Below, in pieces: positions 24,291 to 36,836 of a DNA stretch of 59,600 nt. How positions within the stretch are numbered: the first letter of the stretch is position 1; every line of letters starts with the position of its first letter. The translations under genes and the position numbers were made by a program. This DNA is from Octopus bimaculoides (Eukaryota). The stretch covers positions 8,881,424 through 8,941,023 of the forward strand of contig NC_068982.1 of the NCBI RefSeq assembly GCF_001194135.2, read 5' to 3'. The notes under the pieces are model-generated. The model ran no database searches, was not told where the DNA came from, and worked only from the letters and a program-made list of their open reading frames with translations.

Positions 24291-25135
24291 GTATATATAA
24301 AACGTAAAGTGTGTAATTGCATGCTTGATGTAGTAAATAAAATAATTTTCATAAATCAAAATTTGTAAAATATCAGGCGAAATGAGGATTTCAACACGGT
24401 GGCAATTTATTGATTTTCATATCTTGATACAACAAATGCATAAGCTACCAACTTTTTAACTTTTAAACCAGCGAACTTTCTCAGCAACTATTTTGTTGTT
24501 CATGCCAACATTTTGCTTCACTCATATACATAGTACCCTACACACTCAAGTAATCATTTCAGAAATGCTTTATCCATTAAGCTTCTCTGAGGATATCTTG
24601 TAAAGACCGAAACTTGCCCTCTGCGTAACATAAAATATCACATATAAAGGTGGCTATCGTTTTATCTCTGTGATAATATACGAGAGTTCAACCCTGGCTT
24701 TTTGGTGACTGAACTGAAAGACATGTTTGCAGATCCCGATGTTTGGCAGTTATTTCTATGAAGTAAAGTTCAGAATCTTGGAAAATAAATTTAGGGTATA
24801 TGTGGGCAATAATCAGACCACCGAAGATTTTGTAGAGTGTAGAAGTGTAGAATAGGTTCCATTACTGTGAGGAGTAAAATGTACAAAGTTTCTGCTTGTA
24901 TCTTTTCAAAGAGCGTAGAAAGAAAAGGAAAAAGTAATTTGCTTGCTTTAGATCATAAGGAGTGAGCGGTGTGACAGTTTGCATATATTCAAATAAATGG
25001 ATCTGATATATAAATAAAAATTATTTTACTTATATGTACAAAATTTCAAAATCACACGCGCACACACACACATATATATATATACACACATACACATATA
25101 TATATATACATTCATACATGAATACACATACACAA

Positions 25136-25610
25136 GAGTGGCTGTGTGGAAAGAGGCTTGCTTCCCAATCACATGGTTTCGGGTTCAGTCCCACTGCGTG
25201 GCATCTTGAACAGGTGACTTCTACCATGGCCTCGGGCCGACCAAAGCCTTGTGAGTGGATTTGGCAGACGGAAACTGAAAGAAGCCTGTCGTTTTTATAT
25301 ATATATATATATATATATANNNNNNNNNNNNNNNNNNNNNNNNNNNNNNNNNNNNNNNNNNNNNNNNNNNNNNNNNNNNNNNNNNNNNNNNNNNNNNNNN
25401 NNNNNNNNNNNNNNNNNNNNNNNNNNNNNNNNNNNNNNNNNNNNNNNNNNNNNNNNNNNNNNACGTCCCAGTAACATAACGGTTCTACAAAAGAGAACGA
25501 TATAACAAGTACTGGACTTACAAAGAAAAAGTCCTGGGGTCGATTTGTTCGACTAAAGGCAGCGGTCTGGCATGGGCACAATCAAATGATTGAAACAAAA
25601 GAATATAAAT
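25136..25610 (+). mobile_element. SINE family B spanning an assembly gap at its internal microsatellite
   Basis: Head at 25136-25295 and tail at 25463-25610 are collinear with other B copies. Confidence 0.85.
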
Positions 25611-25829
25611 ATATATATATGTATATCTATATATATATATATATCTATCTATATATATATATATATATAGTAAATATTTATACAAGTATCGATTTTATAG
25701 CTATATATAGAATTACTATGTTTGTAATATTACTGTTGTATGTTTATTTTTGTCATGCTGAGGCTGTGTGGTAATTAATTTAATGCCTTTTTTTTTTACA
25801 ATAAATGGCAACAACTTGTCCCCCACCAA

Positions 25830-26100
25830 AAGAATCAAAAAGAAGAAGACAATCATATGTATGTTACGACTCATGATTTATAACGCCTTTCAAAAGCTAT
25901 TGTCCTCCACAAATAGATTTTCGATATATTGCTTCTGTCAAAACATGAGATAAATTTTCAAACGTTATGCAACATTCATCAGTTGCCTTCAAATCTATAC
26001 TCACACATCCCGTTTGATATCTTTTCTCTAGTCGGTTAGTTAGTTCATATACAGCATGTATCCTGCTTTTGTTCTTTTCACACACACATTCAAACATGAA
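25830..26100 (-). mobile_element. Probable decayed CR1/L2-type LINE reverse transcriptase fragment
   Basis: HAVYELTNRLEKRYQTGCVSIDLKATD resembles the RT motif T..VFIDLxKAFD. Confidence 0.4.
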
Positions 26101-26429
26101 AAGTTTTAAGTGATTATGTCATCTGATCTTGAAATAGTAGACGTATGTTCCATAAATTATTCTGCAGCACCTTAACAAAATGCAATTCCCCGCAGTATAT
26201 TCGTAGAGACCAATAACAATCGATGTAGTAAGTGCAATAGCTGTGAGCGTAGATCTTTTTAATCAGAATTAATATTCAATTAAAGACCGCTTGCACATCA
26301 TACATAGCACTCGCACGCGCATACATATATGAACCATGGTGTTCCTGCTAAATGCTAATGAATTCAGATTAAGTCCTAATGATAATTTTACTATAGGAAT
26401 AAGACCAATAATTTTCAGGAACGTGACAC

Positions 26430-26780
26430 TATTTGTTCAAATGGTAGGTATGTCATCGACCCTGAAACGACAAAATGAAAAGACCTCACCGGAATTTAAA
26501 CTTAGAACATAAGTCTGGAACAAACGTCACTAAATATCCTGTCTAGCGTCTTAACGTTTCTATAAGCTTGCTGCCTTAAAATTACGTCCCAATAATCTTT
26601 TACTACTATAGACATAAGGCTTGAAATTTTATGGGTGAGAACTAGTTGATAACATCGACCCCAGTGTTGGACATGTACCTTTTTTTTTATCAACCCCGGA
26701 ATCAACAAATGCGAAGTCGACTTCGGCGGAATTTGAACTCAAAAAAGTAACATGAGGTATTTTGTCGATGTGCAAACTAT
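26430..26780 (-). mobile_element. SINE family A fragments (two)
   Basis: CATCGACCCCAGTG..GTCGACTTCGGCGGAATTTGAACTC. Confidence 0.7.
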
Positions 26781-26883
26781 TCTGACTTCGCATTACCTTA
26801 AATTGTGTTCTAATAATGACTTCCAATTTTTGCCACGAGAGCAGATTTGAGGAGAGGATCATATACATATACATATATGGTGG

Positions 26884-27042
26884 TTGGCACTCCGTCGGTT
26901 ACATCGACGAGGATTCCAGTTGATCCGATCAACGGAACAGCCTGCGCGTGAAATTAACGTGCAAGTGGCTGAGCACTCCACAGAGACTTGTACCCTTAAC
27001 GTAGTTCTCGGGGATATTCAGCGTGAAAAAGTGTGTGAAAAG
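26884..27042 (-). mobile_element. SINE family C 3' tail, truncated by a gap
   Basis: TTGGCACTCCGTCGGTTAC..CCAGTTGATCCGATCAACGGAAC..GTAGTTCTCGGGGATATTCAGCGTGA. Confidence 0.85.
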
Positions 27043-27829
27043 NNNNNNNNNNNNNNNNNNNNNNNNNNNNNNNNNNNNNNNNNNNNNNNNNNNNNNNNNN
27101 NNNNNNNNNNNNNNNNNNNNNNNNNNNNNNNNNNNNNNNNNNATACATATGTATATATGTATGTATATATACATATGTATATATGTATGTATGTATATAT
27201 GTATATATACATATGTATATATGTATATATGTATATATGCATACATACACACACGTAAGTCTATGAGTATATGTGTACATTATCATCCGTGATGATTGTT
27301 GATTTGCTGGAAGCATCGGCTAAAATAACCGGATATTTATTCTACCGATGTCAATCAAGAAATAGTAGACAAATTATAGTAGGCGATGTAAACACCTAAA
27401 ATTCTAAAAGACTCTGCTGGAGACTGGCCACAGGCTGCAATCCTGTGACTCATCCGAGTAAAAGAATATGGCAAAAGAAAGAACGTTGTATGAAAACCGT
27501 TTTATTTTTGTCATGTTACTTGCTTTCTATGAAATTGCCTAATATATATATATATATATATATTGACCGAAGTATAAAGTAGTACATCCGTACGCCACTT
27601 AAATAGCGTACAGATTTTTCTATGTTAAAAATGAAAGCAGACACACTCCGAAAGACTCCTACACTCAAACATAAGAAATATAAGAGAATGTAGAATAAAA
27701 AGAAAAATTATATGTATGTATGTATGTATGTATATATGTATGTGAGAGAGGGAGATATCGTCAGTAAATCATAAATCCGAAAGAGAAGCTCACTCTAAGG
27801 TATAAAGTAGAAGAGTAATTAGATAAAAA

Positions 27830-28770
27830 TAGCTATGGCCGGTGTACAGAGTTACCCTGAGTTTCACGCCCATAAAGCGCTTAGCTTTACGGAGTTTCTT
27901 CAGATCCTAATAGCCCGTTGCCCTATAATTTCTCTTCAAGGTGGAGGGAAAAAAAACTTGCTGCTACTTGCTGACCGCTCAGGCTAAGTGTTAAATACAA
28001 TGGATTGTCTCCCTTAGACCGCTATCTTTAGTCCACGCCGTTGGTTTGTGGGTTCCAGAACTTCAGTAGGAATCTCTTGAATTGTAAGCAGGGTCAGAAG
28101 GCTTCCGTCTTGGAATCGAAAATGTTCCCCGGATCGAGGCAATTCTTTAATATACTCGCCCATTCAGATATGCAAAGCTTGCAACGCTTGCTCCCGTTGA
28201 TATAGGGTCCCAGTTCTTCTGGAGTCTTCCATGGAATTACGTGTGGAGTTGCTTCGTCCTTCAGGCGCCACAAATGACTGGCTAAGAACGTGGCGTATCG
28301 TCTGTCTGGGATCCTGAATGAGGACTTGTGGTTGGAGAGGCGCTGCTTGAAAGTGTTTCCGGAATATCTATTATATCTTCGTATATTGCTGTTGGCGATT
28401 GCTATTTCTCTTGATGCTACTAATTCCGCTGTTGGTGGTGCTGGTATTGGTGTTGGTGCTGGCGTATGGGACATGATCGGTGGCGGTTTTGATACTGCTA
28501 GAGTTGTCGTCGTTGCTGTTAGAACTGTTATCGGTGTTATATTGGTGGTGTATGTTATGTTCTCCTGCTATCGTGATTAGCATTAGCAGTGATGCTGTGC
28601 TATTTTTGTTACAATTGCTGCCGTTGCCGGTAATATTGACATTCCTGCTACTGGAGAAACAGTTGGGAAAGCTATTGCTGCCATTAGGGTCTGGTATCAC
28701 TCTATCTTCGTAAACGACCCACTTGGTTTCACATTGGCCACCTGCTAAGCATCTGCTGTACTCCCAGCGT
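27830..28770 (-). mobile_element. Decayed Penelope-like element 3' region: GIY-YIG endonuclease plus 3' UTR/pLTR with HHR
   Basis: CLAGGQCETKWVVYEDRV..[low-complexity insert]..SGNTFKQRLSNHKSSF..YATFLASHLWRLK..PYINGSKRCKLCISE. Confidence 0.85.
27847..27909 (-). ncRNA. Type I hammerhead ribozyme motif downstream of a Penelope endonuclease
   Basis: Minus strand: TAGGAT-CTGAAGA-a-ACTCCGTAAAGC-taagc-GCTTTATGGGCGT-GAAAC-tcagg-GTA-ACTCTG. Confidence 0.7.
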
Positions 28771-29306
28771 GAGAATCTCGCCTACGCTCGAGGTCTAGGG
28801 CTGCTAACTAAAATAATCTTAATATTTGCGGGGCACCCAAAATATGCGTCCGTACTTATGTTTATGTATACATACATACATACATACAATGTGTCCTAAC
28901 TGCTCGAATCTCAGTGTCAGCGTATGATTTGAAGTGAAAATGAAATGTAAGTCTGGGAAATTTTAAAGCATCTTATGTCACCTGATGATGCTCTTTTACA
29001 CTATGCGTTGCATCTGCTGGTATTACATCGTTTCACACCCACAAGGGAGCAATGCAGAATGAAGCCAAAACGATTGTTGCGCTAATAAATGCTCCGACTT
29101 ACACTCCGTCTTCCGTAGTCATCTTCCAAAATATACTTTACGTGCACCTCGAATTCCAAACGTATATTCAACGAGGAATGCACAGTGTCGCTGATGACGC
29201 CTGGCAGCCATAAGTGGTGAATGTGCTCTTTTGTCACATCACCTGGTTTGGATACAGCATTTGACGCCTACTTTCTTAACCATAATTCATTAATTCCATA
29301 TTGACT

Positions 29307-29338
<32 letters not shown>

Positions 29339-30001
29339 TAAGTCAGGGTTTCATAGTTTGCAAATTGTGTATAAATTTGGAAAAATCGTATAGAGTATTT
29401 TTTCAATCTTATTTTAATGAAACAACTGCCATTATCAGAAACAAGAATCACAATAAATTTTCAATTAATAAAAGTCTTCCAAAGTTATATTTAACAATTA
29501 CACTAGCCAACATAAGTTTAAGACCGACGATGACTGTTCTTATCTTTCATTAATATATCTTTCATAAAACTGTATAACATCATTTTACTTTTTACAGTTT
29601 ATGTAGAATTCTTTTCTCTTTCGAATAACGTAAGCGTTAAAAATAAATTAAAGAAGGAATAGAACTGTCATCGCCGGCTTTAAACTTACTTTGGCCAGTG
29701 TATATACAACTCTAAGTTCTGGTAATTTTCATGATTTGTTTTAAGTATGCAATACATGTGTTCATTAGTGGATTTTATTTTGCTGTTAATAATGTCTAAT
29801 TAGTCTATGCACCTTTGGTGAAATTCTATAGAAAACTGTGTTGCTAACAGCTAATCCAATATTTTTTTCGTGCACTGTATTCAAACAAATTTGTATATGC
29901 TTGGAAAATAAATTACGCTCACGCATGTGATAGACCATGTGTACTTTAGAGAGAAATACATTTCTCTCAAACAAGATCATTTAATTTTCTTCGGGTATAC
30001 A

Positions 30002-30049
<48 letters not shown>

Positions 30050-30052
<3 letters not shown>

Positions 30053-30247
30053 CGTGAAATGTTCCTGGCTTTTGGTAAACGAAAATACAGGACGATCAGT
30101 TAATTATAATATTATTCAACACCTTCCCCTCTCAGATTCACACACTTATTGCAGCGACCCTTCAGCTTTTCTAAGTCCTGTAAAAAAACTCATATGGTTA
30201 GGCTCTAACTGGGCCTCTATAATCAGTAACTTTTCAGTGCCCCCTTG
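30050..30247. mobile_element. Mariner/Tc1-type MITE, second copy
   Basis: TGAAATGTTCCTGGCTTT..CTTATTGCAGCG..AACTTTTCAGTGCCCCCTTG-TA; homologous to 23008-23229. Confidence 0.7.
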
Positions 30248-30896
30248 TATAGGAGGACTGTCACCTTCACCAACTGTACCTTCACCGTTGTATCCTTCCC
30301 AACATCCAGGTTCATAACTTTAGAGAAAGAGATTGGGTGTCGGTGCATTATGTGGAAATTCCTTACATAATGTATACTCGTTTGGTTCAGCAATTTGTGT
30401 TTGTCTTTTTTATTTTCGCAAGAGATGCTGCAATCGACGTGATAATTTCACCGTCTCTCCAAATCATCGATAGTGGAAAAGCCATTGATTTTCCATTTTG
30501 GCTTGAGACATGATATAGTTCAGCTGACGGAATAATTATATGTCTGTTTGACAGAAAATTAATCTAAGACAGATGCAGGGGAACCCCTATTACGGTTCTA
30601 CTGAAATGTCAATAAGAAAGAAATTTTTGTCTGCTATTTTCAGTGCATTTATGTTGAAAGTCATGTTGTTCCAGACATAGTTAATCATAAGTTGGTCCTG
30701 AGCTTCGATATATATTTGAAATTCCTTAAAATTCTGTCGCCAATGGATGTCCCATATTTGTCTTTCATATTTCCTTTGAAGCTCGTGAAAGCCAGTTTTC
30801 TTGAAAGAGTTATTTATTTCCTTCAAAGTAATAATGGCCATCGTATATAGGTATGTAAGACACATAACTACAACGATACATTCATGGCCTGTGTTA

Positions 30897-31122
30897 CCGT
30901 CGGTGAGTGGCTGAGTAACCCACAGGCACCTGAGATTCAGAATGATGCAGAATGTGACAAAGCTGGCTTCCTATGTATTACAGGTACAACTCTTTTTTGC
31001 CACCTGAGTGGACTGGAGCGACAGTAAACAAAGTATCGCGCTCGGTCACAACGCACCGACAGGAATCGAACTCAGGACTTTAGGATCGCGAGTCGAATAC
31101 CCTAACCACTAAGCCACGCACA
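30897..31122 (-). mobile_element. SINE family C, internally deleted, degenerate copy
   Basis: CCGTCGG..GTGGCTGAG..TGTGACAAAGCTGG..GAGTGGACTGGAGC..CCCTAACCACTAAGCCACGC. Confidence 0.7.
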
Positions 31123-31149
31123 TTTACAACATATATACATATGTGTGTG

Positions 31150-31196
<47 letters not shown>

Positions 31197-31443
31197 NNNN
31201 NNNNNNNNNNNNNNNNNNNNNNNNNNNNNNNNNNNNNNNNNNNNNNNNNNNNNNNNNNNNNNNNNNNNNNNNNNNNNNNNNNNNNNNNNNNNNNNNNNNN
31301 NNNNNNNNNNNNNNNNNNNNNNNNNNNNNNNNNNNNNNNNNNNNNNNNNNNNNNNNNNNNNNNNNNNNNNNNNNNNNNNNNNNNNNNNNNNNNNNNNNNN
31401 NNNNNNNNNNNNNNNNNNNNNNNNNNNNNNNNNNNNNNNNNNN

Positions 31444-31478
<35 letters not shown>

Positions 31479-31496
31479 CATATATATATATATACA

Positions 31497-31662
31497 TATA
31501 CGACGGGCTTCTTTTAGTTTCCGTCTACCAAATTCACTCACAAGGCTTTGGTCAGCCCGAGGCTGTAGTTTAAGACACTTGCCCAATGTGCCAGGCAGTG
31601 GGACTGAACCCGGAACCATGTGGCTGGAAAGCAAGCTTCTTACCACAACCACTCCTGCGCCT
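31497..31662 (-). mobile_element. SINE family B, head half
   Basis: CGACGGGCTTCTTTTAGTTTCCGTCTACC..GGGACTGAACCCGGAACCATGTG..ACCACTCCTGCGCC. Confidence 0.85.
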
Positions 31663-31779
31663 ACACACATACATACGTAAACACTACAATATCTGTGGTG
31701 TTATAAAGACAAACGTATGCTCTGCGTGTTTTTATGTGACTTTATGTTCTGAGAGAGGAACTGTTGAAGATCGATCTGT

Positions 31780-32050
31780 CAATTCTTTCAACATGTCCTT
31801 CTCCACAACCAATGCGTTGCCACTATTCCACTACTTTTTACTTGTATTTTACCTCTACACTCTGATTCATAACCGCCAAGAGAACCAAGATATGCTGCAA
31901 TGCGTTTGATCACTTGAATGTATAAGCTATAAGAACTCGACTGCAGTCTAGAAGCGGTGTTGATAATGTTGTCAAAACAATTTATTTTCCAAACCAATAC
32001 GTATTTTGGCTGATTAGGTGAAAATTGTTCTGTCACTCTATTCTTCAAAT
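31780..32050 (-). mobile_element. Probable decayed Penelope-like RT thumb fragment
   Basis: KYVLVWKINCFDNIINTASRLQSSSYSLYIQVIKRIAAYLGSLGGY resembles the RA..I.SS...L..EI..I...L..NGY pattern. Confidence 0.45.
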
Positions 32051-32267
32051 GGGCATTTCGTGTTGAAGACAGGTTTGTCGGTTTCTTCGAATAATTCAGT
32101 TACATTTTAGTTTTGCTTCACATATCAGCCTAAACAACAGAAACACACGCACAAATACACACACGTATAACTATACGTACATATTTATACATCCATCTTT
32201 CTTTCTGTGTCTTTAGACATACATACATACACACATACCTACCTACCGTCCTATTCGCACTTATGTT

Positions 32268-32305
<38 letters not shown>

Positions 32306-32869
32306 TTTTTCATTTTTCGCGAGCGTCAAAGTAATACACCTGCTTGTTGTTCATACACCTGTCTTCGTCTTTTGTTTTTCTATAAATTTCAACTATATAT
32401 ATATATATAATATATATATCTATATATATATATATATGTGTGTGTGCGTGTGTGTGTATGTGTACTAACTATATCTTCCTGTAGTGTTGGTTAAATTTCT
32501 CTAAGTGTCACACACGAGTAACACAATATTGAGTTCCAGTCGTAATTGATGGGTTTTCTTATAATAAAATGTTGATTTTTAAATTTTTGACACAAGGCCA
32601 GCAATGTTGGAGAATGGGTTAGTCGTTTACGCCCACTGCAGAAAGAAAGAAACAAACAAAGTCAAAACCCAGAGGTATTTTTCCGGCGAACTAACGTGTC
32701 TTCCACGTCAATACTCACATACATACTCCCACACTGAAAAATACACTACACACACCCACGCACTTTTTTCTTTTTCTTCCGCTACTGTGGTAATGTGTTG
32801 TACAGCGCTAACCTATTACCATATCAGTATTGTGTATAAGTTGGATCTTCTCCAACCCTTGTGTTGAAA

Positions 32870-33200
32870 TTCGATATGGGCTTTTGTAAAGGTGGTCACT
32901 CCAAGATTGTAATATATGGCGATTGTTGCTATCAAGCAATCATGTTAGAATGTGGTAATATGTGTTGACCTGAGTACAAACACTAATGTTTTATGGCTGT
33001 CCCTCTTTCAAATTTTGGCAACACAATGCTGCTGCTTCTGTTAAATGACTCTTCTCCACCCCTATGTAATCTGTCTTCCTCTGTTCTTTATTCTACTTGC
33101 ATCTTCCAGCTTTTCCTCTTCCGTCGCCCATGCAATTGCCATTCCTTCAGTGCTCTGTTTGTTATAACCAGAAACAGCTCTGCTGTAACGATAACTTTCA
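32870..33200 (-). mobile_element. Probable decayed Penelope-like GIY-YIG fragment
   Basis: Minus translation C....GRCK..KTDYIGVEKSHL..LLDSNNRHILQSWSDHLYKSP. Confidence 0.45.
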
Positions 33201-34384
33201 TAGGTCGTTCAATTCTTCTCTATTGATCAATAGATCATTTGAGTAAACCTATCAGTAACGTACCTATAATGACTACTGGAAACAACTGTAAGCCCTAACA
33301 ATGGTCATTAGAGATTTGTCCTTTGTTGAGGCAAATTGGCTGCGTCTGTAACAATAATAATAATAATTAGCAAGCAATTAAATTATAATCATTTAATTAA
33401 CTTAGGGATATGACCACAAGGCTGAATTAATTAGGGAAAGTTTAGCCAATTAACTGTTTGATTATCTAGTTAGTTCATTGCTTAGATACTGTGGTTGTTA
33501 GTTCAGAAGACAGACTTTGTATTATAATCTCCCAATTTAGGTCACTTTCTTAGTCATTACCAACCCTTAACCGTCATTATAATCTTTATAATTACGGTTT
33601 ATAATTATAATCTTTATCAAGCTCCCTATTTCTTTTCGTACGGGATTAATTCTCTTTATCGTTTACTAATTTAACACTCTTATTTTATAAAGCTTTTCGC
33701 GTATCCCCACCCAAACACCTTTATTCATAATTGTCCAAATAGACACCTCTCTATGTTTTAATGATACTGCTGGCATTGCTCATTCCTTCGCATTGTACTT
33801 GTTTACACGTTTGTTTTTTTATGTACAATTTCCCAAGCGTTTTGGGGCCCCTTACAACATATTTCACTTTTCCATACGTTTATTTATTTATTTATACCAA
33901 TCCGTATAACGGTCTTAATAGCTTGTCCTTTATTATAAAATTTAACTGACCAATTATATTGAACGCTGGACCTTGGTCAATCCCATTACGAGTAATAGGT
34001 GGTTGAACTTTACCGCATATCAATAAGTAAATAATTGAAATTAATTCTCGGTCACCTTATTATGATAGAAACTACTAATTATTGTTATAAACATAATTAT
34101 TAAGAACTATTATTACTTCAAAACTTTATGGTACTTTCGCTCCCTCTTTGATTAAACCTCTTGGCGTATCCTGTTATTGTTATTTGTTTTATTTTTACTT
34201 TTTTAATTGCTTATCCACTCTTTTACCCCCGAAGAAAAATTTAAACCACCAATTACTATTTTAAGTTTAGTCATTTATTCAACGTCCCAATGCGACACAT
34301 AAGCAAAATAGTATGATTTAAGCGTATTCAGCCTTTCTTTTTCTTCTCTTGACTCTTCTTTTCTTTTATGTGTGTTTTATTCTT

Positions 34385-34500
34385 CACTCTGATGAAGCTC
34401 CATGTTCCAGATCGGATGTATTACCAAATATGATGAATACTATTTTTAGTATATCAATGGCAATACCATATAACTTTGGAAGCAGAAACAGCTGTTAGAT
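34385..34500 (+). ncRNA. Hammerhead-like motif with long stem II and CAGCTG stem III
   Basis: CTGATGA at 34389-34395, a-GCTCCA..~75 nt..TGGAAGC-a, GAAA at 34485-34488, CAGCTG-TT-AG; stem I retains only 2 bp. Confidence 0.5.
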
Positions 34501-34755
34501 GGGATGCAGTCTATTTGTATTGAATTAATAAATAAGAATTGATGTAAGCCAATTGTTGTTGATCAATATTTCTCCAGTTTCTGTTTATTTTAAATTTGAT
34601 TCCTGAAAAACTCATGTTTATCTTGTCATTACTTGTAATCTGTGAGCATAAAATGCTTGCATATGTATGTCCAGGGTTAACATAGGTATTTACACCAGTA
34701 GTATAACGGATACTTTTATCCCTTAGATGGTTATTCCAATCTCTAACTAAACTCA

Positions 34756-34802
<47 letters not shown>

Positions 34803-34942
34803 CTGTAGCTCAGTGTGTATGTAGAGAATTAGTGGTTTGACTACTCTATCAGAGCATCTTAGCTCTTATTTATAGCAATGTAGGTTTGCAATTATAGTTT
34901 TTCTTTTTGGTAAAACATCGCAAAATGCCATCTATATAAATT

Positions 34943-35316
34943 GCAGGCGTGGCTTTGTGGTAAGAAGCTTGCTTCCCAAACCACATGGTTCTGGATTCAG
35001 TCCCACTGCGTGGCACCTTCGGCAAGTATCTTCTATAGCCTCCGGCCGACCAAGGCCTGGTGAGTGAACTTGTTATACGGAAACTGAAAGAAGCCTGTCG
35101 TGTACACACATACACACATATGTATATATATATATATATGCGTGTGTGTGTGTTTGTGAGTTTGTGTTTACGTCCCCGTAACTTAGCGGTTCGGCAAAAG
35201 ACACCGATAGAATAAACACTAGGTTTACAAAGAATAAGTCCTGCGGTTGATTTGTTTGACTAAAGACAGTGCTCCAGCATGGCCGAAGTCAAATGACTGA
35301 AACGAATAAATGAATA
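34943..35316 (+). mobile_element. SINE family B, full length
   Basis: GCAGGCGTGGCTTTGTGGTAAGAAGCTTGC..GGATTCAGTCCCACTGCGTGGCACC..CCAGCATGGCCGAAGTCAAATGACTGAAAC. Confidence 0.85.
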
Positions 35317-36408
35317 TATATGTATTCAATTATGCTATTACTTATTTGTGCTAGTTAATGTTCATTGACGGTACTATACACACTGAGAATTATATGATAT
35401 AAAATATTTGCTGAATGTTTTACTGTCATGGTTTGTATGTAAACATTAGTGTTGATGTGCTATTAAATACTTTAGTTCAAATTGACTATATTAGAAAATC
35501 AATTTTCTAGCATCTCATACATATGTACTGCAAATTAGACATAATCAATAAGTTTGCAATTTTAAATGTAGGTAATTACGATTTTAAACGAAGTATGCAT
35601 TGACAATGTAACTAACAATAGATATATATTTTCTAAATATAAATTAAAATTCCGATGTGTGCGAATGTGTCTGTCTATGTATTTGTGTGTGCGTGCGTGT
35701 TTGTGCACGTATATATGTGTTCCTGTGTGTAAGTATATATTATTTCGCTTAGCCATTTTTTTCTAGTATTCATTTTTAATTATACTGCATTGGTTAAGGA
35801 CGTCTGCTTTCCATTTTATGCTAACATTAGACTTCAATTGGGAATTCCAAAAAATGTTCTTTCGTTTACTTTATATTTCTACTTTTCTACAAATAAAACT
35901 AATATTGTATAATCTTTTCCATGAGAGCTATTCGGCTGCTATCTACGAAGTAAACCAAGATTTCATTCCGGTGCATCAAGCATTCTCCTTCAATGGACAT
36001 GGCACAAAATTTCTTGCTCAAAATATTTTATGATCAAAACGGCAGAATAATTTTTCATAACACCGGAATTTAGAAAATCTTTATCATTTAATATCCGGTT
36101 TGCAATATTATGCTTGGATTTCAGATATCATTTAATTTAAATTGTTAATGCCCATTGGTTGTAATTCTGTAATCAGACTAACTGTCATCACCAGCGCGTA
36201 TTTATCTAGTGAGAGGCATTTCTGATATGTCTCATTTCCGTGTGATGACGAAATCATTTAGATGTCATGTCACTTTCTAGTTGGCCTTTTGTTGAAAAAC
36301 ACAAACATTTATGTGAACACACACTGTCATATGCATATAAATGTGTATGTTTCTCTTTTTACCATGTATAACATATACTTATATTCATCTTTATCTCCTA
36401 TTTCATGC

Positions 36409-36494
<86 letters not shown>

Positions 36495-36775
36495 NNNNNN
36501 NNNNNNNNNNNNNNNNNNNNNNNNNNNNNNNNNNNNNNNNNNNNNNNNNNNNNNNNNNNNNNNNNNNNNNCGCGTGTGTATACAGATAAAAAATGAGATA
36601 GATAAGTTAATAATTATATGCAAAAAATGTAAGCATGTATGTACGTATATGTGTGTGTATATATAATACAAATGATATAAGAGCATATGCATGTATACAT
36701 ACATATATGTACATACCTGCATCTGCATGTACATATAGATGCATATCCGGGTACAGACACATTCATACATTACGC

Positions 36776-36836
<61 letters not shown>

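Noticed and set aside
24580-24625. CTGAGGA..GAAAC hammerhead-like spacing
   Set aside because: Stem II is partial and no cleavage triplet or stem I could be formed.
28978-29235. Two CTGATGA motifs (28982 and 29191) suggesting tandem hammerheads beside the Penelope copy
   Set aside because: The partners are CAAAA and GAAT rather than GAAA, stems I and III are poor, and they lie on the strand opposite the PLE; only a family consensus could rescue them.
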